From sequence record SRR31156797_4018: a stretch of DNA of 64,000 nt. The stretch is one strand, 5' to 3'. Under the pieces are notes generated by a model. It did no database searches, had not been told where the DNA came from, and saw only the letters and a program-made list of their open reading frames with translations. Both the position numbers and the translations under genes were made by a program. Of the stretch, positions 38,959 to 49,165 are shown one piece after another. Within the stretch, counting starts at the first letter, position 1; each line of letters opens with the position of its first letter.

Positions 38959-39675
38959 ATGAAGCAAAACTTCGACTTAACAGAAAAACATATCATTGTT
39001 TGTGGATACGGACGTGTTGGAAAGCAAGCATCAGCAGATTTATTGAATCATTTTGAGAAGTTTGTCATACTTGAACGAGATGAGAAAGTAATTGATAAGT
39101 TAAGCGAGAACCAACAATTACAATACATTAATGGCGATGCTACAGAAGATGAAGTTTTAGAGAAAGCAAATATTGACCAGGCAAGAGCACTCATCACTAC
39201 TTTTCCAAACGATGCTGATAATTTATTTGTCATCGTTACAGCAAGAGCTTTAAATCCAACCATGAAAATTGTAAGTCGCGTATCTAAAGAAGTAAATATT
39301 GACAAACTAATTGAGGCAGGAGCCAACGATGTAATAATGCCTGATAAAGTTGGTGGCAATCATATGGCTCAGTTGGTTACCAGACCTGACTTAATTGAGT
39401 TTTTAGATACACTTTTGCTGCAATCAACTGATGATGTAAACCTGGATGAAATTCAATGCATTGCTATTCCTGATAGTCAGGAAAATACCATTGCTTCATT
39501 AAGTTTAAGACAAAAAACCGGGGTTAATGTGGTTGGTGTAAAAAGGGAAAATGGGGAGCTTATACATAACCCCAAACCAGATACATCTATTTCTAAAAAT
39601 GATATACTTTTGGTTCTGGGTACACCGGAACAAATTCTTGCTATGCGCGAATTAATTCAAAATTGTAATGATTAA
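38959..39675 (+). CDS. Stand-alone TrkA-N/TrkA-C (RCK) protein without pore domain
   Basis: HIIVCGYGRVG, GDAT, DADNL, C-terminal RCK_C; ATG 38959 preferred over TTG 38857. Confidence 0.85.
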   Translation: MKQNFDLTEKHIIVCGYGRVGKQASADLLNHFEKFVILERDEKVIDKLSENQQLQYINGDATEDEVLEKANIDQARALITTFPNDADNLFVIVTARALNPTMKIVSRVSKEVNIDKLIEAGANDVIMPDKVGGNHMAQLVTRPDLIEFLDTLLLQSTDDVNLDEIQCIAIPDSQENTIASLSLRQKTGVNVVGVKRENGELIHNPKPDTSISKNDILLVLGTPEQILAMRELIQNCND

Positions 39676-40546
39676 AATCCTTTTGACAGGCAGCAATGGT
39701 TTTCTAGGGCAACACATCGCCAAACTAGGTCAGTTAGATAAAAAAATTCACATTACCGGTTGGTCAAGAAACTCTGCTATTCATGATTATTGCGATGATT
39801 TTGAGCAACATAATCTTGCGAAAATTCAAATTACTGCTGAAATGATTTCTTCTTTTGATGTGGTTATTCATACAGCAGCCCTTTCCCATGTTGATTATTG
39901 TGAAGAAAACCGACAAGAAGCTTTTCTAATTAACACAGAAGCAACACGTCAATTAGCCCTAGCTTGTGAGCTTAGTCACACTCATCTTGTTCATATCAGC
40001 ACTGATTTTGTATTTCCTGGAGAAGACAAATTAGTCAATGAAACAGATGCAACCAACCCTGTTAATTATTATGGACGCACCAAAGAAATGGCAGAAATAT
40101 ATGTGCAAAATATATTGCCGACAGGAACTATAATTAGACCTGTATTAATTTTCGGAGATATTCTTACAGGAACAAGATCTAATCTAATATTGTGGGTTAA
40201 AAAATCGCTGGAATTTAAAAAATCAATCAATGTAACTAGTGATCATTTCAGAACGGCCACCTATGTTGAAGACTTGGCAGATCTTTGCATAAAAGCAGCT
40301 AAAAATCCACATCCAGGTATTTTTCATGCTGCAGGAAGCAGTTACCTGGGAGTTCATGAAATGGCACTTAAAGTCGCAGATTACTTTAATCTAAATAAGG
40401 ACTTAATTACACCTATTCACTCATCAGAGCTTGATGCTCCTGGAGTAAGGCCACCATGTACTCATTTCAATACCCAAAAAGCCATTGATATTTATGGCTT
40501 TAAATCTAAAAGTTTCGAAAATGCACTCAAAGAAATGAGCAAATAG
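39668..40546 (+). CDS. RmlD-like SDR (dTDP-4-dehydrorhamnose reductase family)
   Basis: TGSNGFLG, HISTDFVF, YGRTK. Confidence 0.85.
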   Translation: MIKILLTGSNGFLGQHIAKLGQLDKKIHITGWSRNSAIHDYCDDFEQHNLAKIQITAEMISSFDVVIHTAALSHVDYCEENRQEAFLINTEATRQLALACELSHTHLVHISTDFVFPGEDKLVNETDATNPVNYYGRTKEMAEIYVQNILPTGTIIRPVLIFGDILTGTRSNLILWVKKSLEFKKSINVTSDHFRTATYVEDLADLCIKAAKNPHPGIFHAAGSSYLGVHEMALKVADYFNLNKDLITPIHSSELDAPGVRPPCTHFNTQKAIDIYGFKSKSFENALKEMSK

Positions 40547-40604
40547 ACAATGCAATTCAACAAACTTTTATCCAATTTCATTTAATTTCTGTAATTTCGC
40601 CTTT

Positions 40605-41912
40605 ATGGGTAAACCATGGCAACGATTTTCAGATAAATTAAAAGGTCTCTTAAAAGATCCTTTTTGGAGAAATGCAGGGAATTTATTTTCTGGAGCAGCT
40701 ATTGGGCAAGCTCTTCCTATTCTCATTTTTCCATTACTAACCCGCCTTTACCCAAAAGTTATGTTTGATGTTTATTTTATCTATTCAGGCATAATTTTAC
40801 TCACAAAAATCATTTCTACCCTTCAATATCAATTTGCCTTACTTATTCCTAAAAAAGATGATGATGCGAGAACTTTACTGGTTATTAATACAGGAATCAG
40901 TTTTATTGTTTCTTTACTTTTAACTATTATAATCTTCTCTATCACTCCCCTTGTTGAGCCGCTCATTGAAAATAAGGAGCTAATAGACTGGCTATATTTC
41001 ATACCATTGAGCACATTCTTCCTGGGTATTTATGAATGTTTTATGTATTACCTCAACAGGTTAAAAAAATACAGTTTTATAACCTATGCCAGAGTAAGCA
41101 AAGGTCTTATTATGGTGATCACGCAAAGCGCTTTTGGCTTTATGGGGTTTTCTGTTGATGGATTGCTATATGGATTATTAATAGCCCAGGGAATTAGCGC
41201 GCTTTTAATGGTTACTTTCACTTTACGTAGTGATCGAAATTGCTTTGTATTCACCAGAAGAGAAATAGGTAACCTTTTGAAAAAGTATAAGGACATGCCA
41301 CTTTACAATACGTTGATCAGTTTCATCAACAATCTTTCTAACCAATTACCAGTTTTTATGTTATCAAACTTTTATGGAAGTGGTGCTTCTGGTGATTTTG
41401 GAATGGCCAATAAAATTGTAAATACACCCATGGGGATGATTGCCAATTCAGTAGGTCAGGTATTTTACAAAGAAATAAATGAAATAATGCATTCTGGGCG
41501 CGATTTAAAGGCATTTGTGAACAGGTTGTATAGAAATATGTTTAGAATAGGATTATCTCCTTTTATGGTGCTTATTTTTGCTGCTCCATGGATTTTTGGA
41601 TGGTTATTGAGCGACGACTATGTTTCATCGGGTTATATGACTCAAATATTGGTTCCTTTTTACTTCATAAGTTTTATGAATAACCCTGCAACAGGTTTAC
41701 TTACGATGCTAAACCGACAAAAAATTGGAGCTATTTATCAATTCGCATTATTAGCAGGTAGAATTGCAGCCCTAGGTGCTGGTGTTTTCTGGTTCGATAA
41801 TGTTCTATTTACCATTGGTCTTTTCAGCGCTGTTAGTTTACTATTCAATGCATGGTTATACTTTTATCTAATGAAATTGGCCGGCAATCCACCTAAGACT
41901 TATCATAGCTGA
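40605..41912 (+). CDS. Wzx-type oligosaccharide flippase
   Basis: Multi-TM MOP-family pattern; PLLTRLY; PMGMIANSVGQVF. Confidence 0.85.
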   Translation: MGKPWQRFSDKLKGLLKDPFWRNAGNLFSGAAIGQALPILIFPLLTRLYPKVMFDVYFIYSGIILLTKIISTLQYQFALLIPKKDDDARTLLVINTGISFIVSLLLTIIIFSITPLVEPLIENKELIDWLYFIPLSTFFLGIYECFMYYLNRLKKYSFITYARVSKGLIMVITQSAFGFMGFSVDGLLYGLLIAQGISALLMVTFTLRSDRNCFVFTRREIGNLLKKYKDMPLYNTLISFINNLSNQLPVFMLSNFYGSGASGDFGMANKIVNTPMGMIANSVGQVFYKEINEIMHSGRDLKAFVNRLYRNMFRIGLSPFMVLIFAAPWIFGWLLSDDYVSSGYMTQILVPFYFISFMNNPATGLLTMLNRQKIGAIYQFALLAGRIAALGAGVFWFDNVLFTIGLFSAVSLLFNAWLYFYLMKLAGNPPKTYHS

Positions 41913-41944
41913 AAAAACCGGCCAAATACCCTAATTAATTCACA

Positions 41945-44900
41945 TTAATTAATAATAACCTTTTGCGACAGTATCTTATTATCTTTTAATACTTTAATTA
42001 AATAAACTCCAACTTCCCAATTACCTACATCTATATTGTATGCATCATTCAAAACACTTCCTGATTTAATTAACTTACCATACATATCAAAAATGCGATA
42101 TTGACCATTATCAAGTCCTTTTATTACAATATGCTCTTTTGCAGGGTTTGGATATACAAATTTCTGCTTTTCTGGCAATTCAGATACTCCATTTGGGTCC
42201 ACCGTCATAAATATTTCCAGACTAGTTTCAGTAGGGATATCAACCGTGCCAGTTTCAGCAAAATAACCTGATCGGGTTACCGTATAATTTAAAGTTCCAC
42301 TTTCAACAGTAAACCAGGCTGCTCCATCTATTCCAGTAATACCAGTACCTGATCCTGTTAAGGTAATATTTGCGTTAGAAAGTGGTTCTTGGGTATCAAT
42401 ATCTTTAACGGAAACATCAAGGTAATGAAATGGCTGTTCTAATTGTATTGAAGTAAATACTTTGTATTCACCCGGACCTAAATTGACTGTATGGCCTCCT
42501 GCATCGGATACATCAAATGAAGTTCCTTCAAAATAATCATACCAGGTACCTGTATTTTGAAATCCGGGAGTGATATCCATTCCATCGACATCCATATTAC
42601 CCACAATAACTACATTCATGCTAGTATGAGTAATCCACATTCTTTTACCTAAACCACTTAGATCAGATGTAAAAGTACCACTTCTAAATGCTTCACTTTT
42701 TTGCAATTCATTCATTGCAGAAACAACACGATAAATACGCTGTCTGTGTGGGTTATCATAATAATCCCATCGTGGTGGCTTAGGCGCTGTGCGATCACCA
42801 CCGTAAAATATAGAATAATCATAACCCAGTTCGCCAAACTGCCACATCATTTTTGGTCCTGGAACACCTAGCATGAGTACATGTGCCAACTCCATTCTTC
42901 TAAGCGCTGTAAGCGTATCTGTAATCTGATAATCACCTGACCCATTACCATAATTCACGGCTTCATGCATTTGCCGTTCTTCATCATGACTTTCCATAAA
43001 TGCCACAGCATTCGGATAATCCCAACCTCTATTTACATGATAGGTCCAGCTGTAATCTGAATTACTTTCGTATCCCAAAACAACTTGTTTAAACTCACTA
43101 TCCATGTTTCCCCAAAGCATCATACCTGTATTTGCCAACACGGTTTCTTCACTATTATCAGCAAAATGCTCCAAAATAAAATATGCATTTGGGTTTACTG
43201 TCTTCACGTGATTGTAATAGTCTGTCAGAATGTTTATTCGACTCTGATCATAAGAGCTCCATGCTCCCACATCATCACCTGAATTAGTTTGTGTTAATCC
43301 TTTTGATAAATCAACACGGAATCCATCAATTTTATATTCTGTTAACCAATGCTCCAACACATCTTTGAAAAACTGACGTGTATAAGGACTTTCATGGTTA
43401 AAATCATATCCCACACTGTATGGGTGAGTAGCAACGGTATTAAACCAGGGGTTTTGTGGAGCAGGTTGGCCATGTTCTCCTGCATCCTCATCAAAATACA
43501 TTTGAACCAATGGGCTTTGTCCAAACGCATGATTCGGCACCACATCAAATATCACTGCGATATTTCTCTGATGACAGGCATCAATAAATGCCTTATAATC
43601 ATCTTCTCTACCGTAAAACTTATCGGGAGCAAAAAAGAAATTAGGTGCATAACCCCAACTGTTGTTTCCATCAAATTCCATGATTGGCATTAATTCAATG
43701 GCATTTACTCCAAGATTTTCAAGATACTCAAGTGAATCCATTACATCGGCTATTCGCTGAGACGCTACAAAATCACGAATCAATAATTCATACACGATTA
43801 AATCCTGCTGTGTTTCATCCAATGCTGGTGGTATAAAGTTTTCAACTTGCCAATCATACTCAACCTGATCAGTTTGAAAAACAGATACAATTCCGATGGT
43901 TGAATCAAATGGATAGTCTTTCAAATTAGGATAAGATGCACCCGGAATCCAGCCATCATTCCATGGATCTAAAATTTTCTCTGAATAAGGGTCAGCCAAT
44001 TTTATAGTTCCATCCAAATAATACTGATAAGCATATTCTTTCCCTGGCGTCAAATTATCAATAGTAATCCAATAATATTGTCCATCAGGAGTACGCTTCA
44101 TGTAATTATCATCATTGGGAAGCCAATTTGAGTATTCTCCTATGGCAAAGGCAAACTGTTTTTGAACTGCAGGATCATGTAGAACCAGGGTTACCGTATT
44201 TTCATCAATATAATTAACACCTGGGTTTACTCCATCAGGCAACTCTTCTTCCACAATTTCGCCTCGCATATAAATAGAAACAGAATCATAAACCTCATTG
44301 CCATCTCCGTCTGAAGCAGTTGTTTTAATCCAGTTTAATCCGGGATTTAAATCAGTTGGTATTAATGGGTAAGTAACCGAACTAGTAGCATCGGAATATA
44401 TCTCCAGGCCATTTAATGATACTGTAATAGTCTCATTTTCCATTGCTTCCACACATACAGGTATTACCTGATTAGCAGGAGCCAAATTATCTCTTCGTGA
44501 AGGACTTAATATTTTAACATTGAGTTCCAGCTCATAAACATCCACGAAAATATCACTACCATCGGCATTTTTACCTTCATAATAGTTATTACCACTATAG
44601 GGTTCATCACTTCGAAAAACCATTGCTACTTGCAAAACTTCTTCTCCTTCTGGCACTCCAAAATAATCAATAATAGAATTAATCTGAAGTTGATACAAAT
44701 TATCATCAATACTATCCATTAAAGTTTCAGGTGTATTCTCACCCCATTCAGTTTTTACATACTTCCAATCAGATGAATTTGTGCTTTCTGTAGTAATTAC
44801 TCCTGTATGTATGTAAACATCGCCAGGATAATTTACTAACCCACCATTACCCATAGCTGCATTGAAATAAATTGTAACCGGACCATCAGGTAATGGGAAC

Positions 44901-45712
44901 GCTGGTTGTGATGTTACCACTCCGGCTTGCGAACCACATTCTACGGGCTCTCCTGTTACATAACCATAATTGCTTCCGAAATTATCATCCAACCTAAGTG
45001 TCAAATAATCCACATCTGCTTCATCAAAACCTGTTTCAATAGTAGTTCTTATACGGTATTGCACCTCTGTTTCATCAGGAGTTCCAGGAATTGTAGCTGT
45101 ATAAAAATTTCCACTTAAATGAGTTAAGGCAATCAATTCAGATGTTGCCCAATCATCAATTGAATATTCCAACCAACCATACTCGTTCATATTTAAAAAC
45201 CCCGTTAGCTCAACAGAAATTTCAACAGCTTGGTTTGCTTCAACAATGAAAGGATCTTGCTGGATGCTTTCAATCTTATTTGGAAAGAAACTGGTTTCCA
45301 AAATTGCAATATCATTGTTGTCATCAGCAATTTGACCAGAAATAAAAGTATAATACCTACCCTGCACCACCGAAACTTCTAAATCATGATCCCAATCTCC
45401 GGAAGTAAAGTAAAATGCTGCATCAGCTCCGGTTAGTCTGTTGTTCACAGTCCTTGTGAAGTTAGTTGTACTTCCAACCCATTTGGGATTGAAAACATTA
45501 GGTGATGTTGTAAATAAGAATTTAGCATCAGTCTTAGTAATATTTGCATGCATAGGATCAGTGGCGGCGACTTCCCCTCTTAGTTGCATAGTAGCATTCA
45601 CAAACTCAGAGTTATCTGAAGTACTAATATCACCAAACCAATTTCGCGGCTGTGCATATAATGCACTTAAACAAACTAGCCATAACCCCAACAAACTTAA
45701 AACTCTTCTCAT
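41945..45712 (-). CDS. Multidomain GH13 alpha-amylase-family enzyme with T9SS type-A C-terminal domain
   Basis: YELLIRDF, IELMP, DVVPNH, DGFRVDLSKG (nucleophile), ILEH (acid/base), ESHDEER; CTD YPNPAKE...GVYLIK...KVII. Confidence 0.93.
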   Translation of the reverse strand: MRRVLSLLGLWLVCLSALYAQPRNWFGDISTSDNSEFVNATMQLRGEVAATDPMHANITKTDAKFLFTTSPNVFNPKWVGSTTNFTRTVNNRLTGADAAFYFTSGDWDHDLEVSVVQGRYYTFISGQIADDNNDIAILETSFFPNKIESIQQDPFIVEANQAVEISVELTGFLNMNEYGWLEYSIDDWATSELIALTHLSGNFYTATIPGTPDETEVQYRIRTTIETGFDEADVDYLTLRLDDNFGSNYGYVTGEPVECGSQAGVVTSQPAFPLPDGPVTIYFNAAMGNGGLVNYPGDVYIHTGVITTESTNSSDWKYVKTEWGENTPETLMDSIDDNLYQLQINSIIDYFGVPEGEEVLQVAMVFRSDEPYSGNNYYEGKNADGSDIFVDVYELELNVKILSPSRRDNLAPANQVIPVCVEAMENETITVSLNGLEIYSDATSSVTYPLIPTDLNPGLNWIKTTASDGDGNEVYDSVSIYMRGEIVEEELPDGVNPGVNYIDENTVTLVLHDPAVQKQFAFAIGEYSNWLPNDDNYMKRTPDGQYYWITIDNLTPGKEYAYQYYLDGTIKLADPYSEKILDPWNDGWIPGASYPNLKDYPFDSTIGIVSVFQTDQVEYDWQVENFIPPALDETQQDLIVYELLIRDFVASQRIADVMDSLEYLENLGVNAIELMPIMEFDGNNSWGYAPNFFFAPDKFYGREDDYKAFIDACHQRNIAVIFDVVPNHAFGQSPLVQMYFDEDAGEHGQPAPQNPWFNTVATHPYSVGYDFNHESPYTRQFFKDVLEHWLTEYKIDGFRVDLSKGLTQTNSGDDVGAWSSYDQSRINILTDYYNHVKTVNPNAYFILEHFADNSEETVLANTGMMLWGNMDSEFKQVVLGYESNSDYSWTYHVNRGWDYPNAVAFMESHDEERQMHEAVNYGNGSGDYQITDTLTALRRMELAHVLMLGVPGPKMMWQFGELGYDYSIFYGGDRTAPKPPRWDYYDNPHRQRIYRVVSAMNELQKSEAFRSGTFTSDLSGLGKRMWITHTSMNVVIVGNMDVDGMDITPGFQNTGTWYDYFEGTSFDVSDAGGHTVNLGPGEYKVFTSIQLEQPFHYLDVSVKDIDTQEPLSNANITLTGSGTGITGIDGAAWFTVESGTLNYTVTRSGYFAETGTVDIPTETSLEIFMTVDPNGVSELPEKQKFVYPNPAKEHIVIKGLDNGQYRIFDMYGKLIKSGSVLNDAYNIDVGNWEVGVYLIKVLKDNKILSQKVIIN

Positions 45713-45730
45713 ATTATTTATTCTCTATCA

Positions 45731-48424
45731 TTATTCAACAATTACTTTTCTTGAAACATGTTTATTATCTCCTGCTAGCCTAATAAAATATAATCCAGCA
45801 GAAAATTCAGAAACATCTATTCCAATTTGATTTTGACCGAACAACTCCTTCTCCATAATTAACATACCATTGGATGAATAAATTGAAATTGTCCTATATT
45901 TTCCATTATTATTCCAAATGATATTCAAGTTATTGGTTGCAGGATTCGGATAAACTTGCAACTCATCATCTTCCACTTTACTCAATCCTATTCCATCATC
46001 AAAATTGAAAATGGCTACATAATTATCGCCAGCATTATCTTTCACTATTGTAATTGTATCGCCACCTACTTCGGTTACATATTTAGCTTCAAAATAAATT
46101 TCAAAGTTGTAATCACCATCATCAAGACCAGAAGTTAAGTTCATATCCTGTGACAATGTCTCCCAAACTTCTTCACCCGGGGTTGGTAATTCTTCAACAA
46201 AAGGCAAATCAATTGACTCAAAAGTGCCAGGTATCATAGAAGACTCATAAACGCGATAATACATTGTAGCATTGATGAAATCATAGTCGCCTGACTGGAA
46301 AGTTTGAATTCCCCCGCCATATAGCCACAAGCCGGTTGTTGGTGTAAGATCACCAATATCAAGACCATCAAACATACCAGCCGCAAGTGATTGTTGCGCA
46401 TCATTTATACCGAAAGAAATATATTGCTCATCAATTTGTGCAATATTATTTGATGCTTGCAGGGTAAATGATTGGGAATAAGGTCCATCCTCAGTTGTAC
46501 CGGGACTCCCTGTCCCTGAGATACTAAACAGCACCTTGATATTATAATCGCCCGGTTCCAAACCTGAAGTTATATCAATTATATCACCGAAATCAGACCA
46601 TGTTTGATTTCCCTCGCCATCATCTGAAGTCCAGTTAACATTGCGAACTGAATATGTGGCTGGCTCAAGACTATCTACAGACCAAACTTTATAATTAAAC
46701 TGTGCTCCTGTAACATCTCCACCTTCTGCCTTCCATGTTTTAATAGTTGATCCTTTTAAAAAGTAAGTTTCAATTGCTACAAGATCTTGTCCATCAAAAC
46801 CAGCTCCTTGTTCTGTAACATCATCAGCTTGTCCGGTATACCAATAAGTTAAATCGGGTAAGTTCACACCGCCATCATCTCGAATACCATAATTAGGTGG
46901 TGCTACAGTAACAGTAACAGTCCATTCTTTTGTTGTCGTTTCATCTTCTGCGGTTACGATATAAACTACCGGGTTTGTAAAGTCCTGAGCTATTCCACTT
47001 TCAGGATCAATAGTGGCATCTTCAGAAATAGTTATGGTTGGAGTTAAATCTGTGATATCAGTTCCATTAATCACTTCAATATCAACAGTTCCTTCAGCGC
47101 TATTAATATCTGCTGGAGCCATTTCACCTGGCAATTCAAATGAAATAATCTCAGCCGCAGAGCTTATTCCCGGAATTTCAAATGTTGCTGAATAAGGTCC
47201 ATCCTCTGTTTTTCCTCCTACACCTGTTCCGCTAATTGAAAACAGCACTTTCACATTGTAAATCCCGGCATCTAATCCGTTACTTACATCAATAGCAGAT
47301 CCAAATCCGGCCCATGTTTGGTATCCTGTACTATCATTAGCTGTCCAACCCACATCATGTGTTGTATAATCTGCTGGCTCCGAATCCCCATCAGCCCAAA
47401 CTTTATAGTTAAAATGTGTATTATAAACATCCCCTGAACCGGACTTCCAAATTTTAATGGCAGCGCCGGTAAAACTAAATGTACTCACTTCACCAAAATC
47501 AGATCCGTCAAAATCAACTCCTTGCTCAGTTACAGGATCAGTAATTCCCGAATGTAAATATGATAATGTAGGTAAGTTAACACCACCATCATCCCTTATT
47601 CCATAATTAGGAGTATAATAGGCCACAGAAACTGTCCAGGTTTTTGTTGTTGTATTATCCTCGGCAGTAACTACATAGGTTACATCAGTTGAAAAGTTTT
47701 GAGCAACACCACTGGCAGGATCAATAGTTGCACCATCTGATATTGTAATAGTAGGAACAAGAGCTGTTACATCTGTTCCATCGAGTACTCCAATCTCCAC
47801 AGTTCCTTCTGCACTGCTAATATTAGCAGATACTGCTTCTTCAGGTACCGTAAATGATATAATTTCAGCCGCTGAACTTACTGATGGTATTTCAAAAGTT
47901 GCTGAATAAGGTCCATCTTCAGTAATTCCAGGCTCGCCAGTTCCGCTAATGCTAAAAAGAATTTTTACATTATAAACACCTGCACTTAAACCTGAAGCCA
48001 CATCAATCTGATCTCCAAATGATCCCCAAATTTGATTTCCATTACCCTCATCAACTGACCATCCTATATTACGTACAGTATAAGAGGCTGGCTCTGTTTC
48101 TCCACTTTCCCACACTTTATAATTAAACTGAGCACCTGTTACATCACCTCCAGCAGACTTCCATGTTTTGATGTCAGCATCTTTAAAAATAAATGCACTC
48201 ACAACACCAAAACTTTGGCCTTCAAAATCAACACCCTGTACTGTTGAATCAATAGTTGATCCAGTATACCAATAAGTAACTGTAGGAAGGTTTACACCAT
48301 CATCATCTCTAATTCCGTAGTTTTGAGCATTTAAGTCAGCATGGAATGTCATAATTAAAAAAATGCTTAAAACGAATAGAGCTAAAATCTTTCTTAAATC
48401 TTTTGTAGAAATTGTTTTCATCAT
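45731..48424 (-). CDS. T9SS-secreted repeat protein: unnamed domain x3 plus one divergent copy, interleaved with two DUF5018-like Ig domains
   Basis: NYGIRDD.GVNLP starts recur every 238 aa; Y.VTAED.TT..W Ig motif x2; CTD YPNPA...GLYFI...KVIV. Confidence 0.85.
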   Translation of the reverse strand: MMKTISTKDLRKILALFVLSIFLIMTFHADLNAQNYGIRDDDGVNLPTVTYWYTGSTIDSTVQGVDFEGQSFGVVSAFIFKDADIKTWKSAGGDVTGAQFNYKVWESGETEPASYTVRNIGWSVDEGNGNQIWGSFGDQIDVASGLSAGVYNVKILFSISGTGEPGITEDGPYSATFEIPSVSSAAEIISFTVPEEAVSANISSAEGTVEIGVLDGTDVTALVPTITISDGATIDPASGVAQNFSTDVTYVVTAEDNTTTKTWTVSVAYYTPNYGIRDDGGVNLPTLSYLHSGITDPVTEQGVDFDGSDFGEVSTFSFTGAAIKIWKSGSGDVYNTHFNYKVWADGDSEPADYTTHDVGWTANDSTGYQTWAGFGSAIDVSNGLDAGIYNVKVLFSISGTGVGGKTEDGPYSATFEIPGISSAAEIISFELPGEMAPADINSAEGTVDIEVINGTDITDLTPTITISEDATIDPESGIAQDFTNPVVYIVTAEDETTTKEWTVTVTVAPPNYGIRDDGGVNLPDLTYWYTGQADDVTEQGAGFDGQDLVAIETYFLKGSTIKTWKAEGGDVTGAQFNYKVWSVDSLEPATYSVRNVNWTSDDGEGNQTWSDFGDIIDITSGLEPGDYNIKVLFSISGTGSPGTTEDGPYSQSFTLQASNNIAQIDEQYISFGINDAQQSLAAGMFDGLDIGDLTPTTGLWLYGGGIQTFQSGDYDFINATMYYRVYESSMIPGTFESIDLPFVEELPTPGEEVWETLSQDMNLTSGLDDGDYNFEIYFEAKYVTEVGGDTITIVKDNAGDNYVAIFNFDDGIGLSKVEDDELQVYPNPATNNLNIIWNNNGKYRTISIYSSNGMLIMEKELFGQNQIGIDVSEFSAGLYFIRLAGDNKHVSRKVIVE

Positions 48425-48555
48425 ATTTAATATTTTAATTCTTTAACAAATCATGTGTCAGAATAAAGACTTCTATAATCTCCTGTAAATAAAAATAGCT
48501 ATTTAAATTACAACATTGCCGGTTTAAAATCAAGCACTTGCCAGACAATATTCAC

Positions 48556-48579
48556 GCAATCGTTTGCGCAATCGTTTGC
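48556..48579. promoter_or_regulatory. Tandem LacI-family-type operator
   Basis: GCAATCGTTTGC repeated exactly twice head-to-tail; each copy is a near-palindrome with central CG. Confidence 0.7.
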
Positions 48580-48662
48580 AAAATACATATCCTTTAAAAG
48601 TCTGAAAAGGAAAATTGCCTAAAACGATTATAAACATTAAATTTGTTATAAATTGAACGAAT

Positions 48663-49157
48663 ATGAGACACCTCCTTCTATTAATACTTCTATCAGTTTC
48701 TATATCTCTTGCAGGCCAAAAAATATTCGAAAAAAAGCTAGATGGCTGCTCTCCAAAGTTTAATCTTGAAAATGAAAAAATCACCCTGACCTATAAAATC
48801 GGTGATAGTCTTATGATTCAAGACATTGTAAAAGGTGCCGATGACGAGCAAATTTACAAGCTGAAAGGGGCATTAGCCGCTCAACTAATTATTGATTCTG
48901 CAGGTAATGCATGCCTTGCCAGCTATGATACTAAATTTAATACAATCAGAAAACCTTTTGATGTTGTTGAAAACTTTAATACTATGCCCCATTGGCAAGG
49001 CACTGGAAATAGATCATTCACAAGCATTATTATGAGATTATACTTTGAGCGCAGACAAATTACAGTTCAAAGACTTGGGTACGATCGTAATTCAGGATGG
49101 AACCTATTATCAACAGAAACATTTAATAAAAAGGAGCCTGAAGAAAAGAAAAAATAA
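48663..49157 (+). CDS. Hypothetical secreted protein
   Basis: Signal peptide; TAAATTTG -7 element at 48638-45. Confidence 0.7.
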   Translation: MRHLLLLILLSVSISLAGQKIFEKKLDGCSPKFNLENEKITLTYKIGDSLMIQDIVKGADDEQIYKLKGALAAQLIIDSAGNACLASYDTKFNTIRKPFDVVENFNTMPHWQGTGNRSFTSIIMRLYFERRQITVQRLGYDRNSGWNLLSTETFNKKEPEEKKK

Positions 49158-49165
49158 TAGCATAT

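Noticed and set aside
46480-48325. Long DNA repeats as CRISPR or mobile element
   Set aside because: In-frame, synonymously diverged coding repeats of a secreted protein
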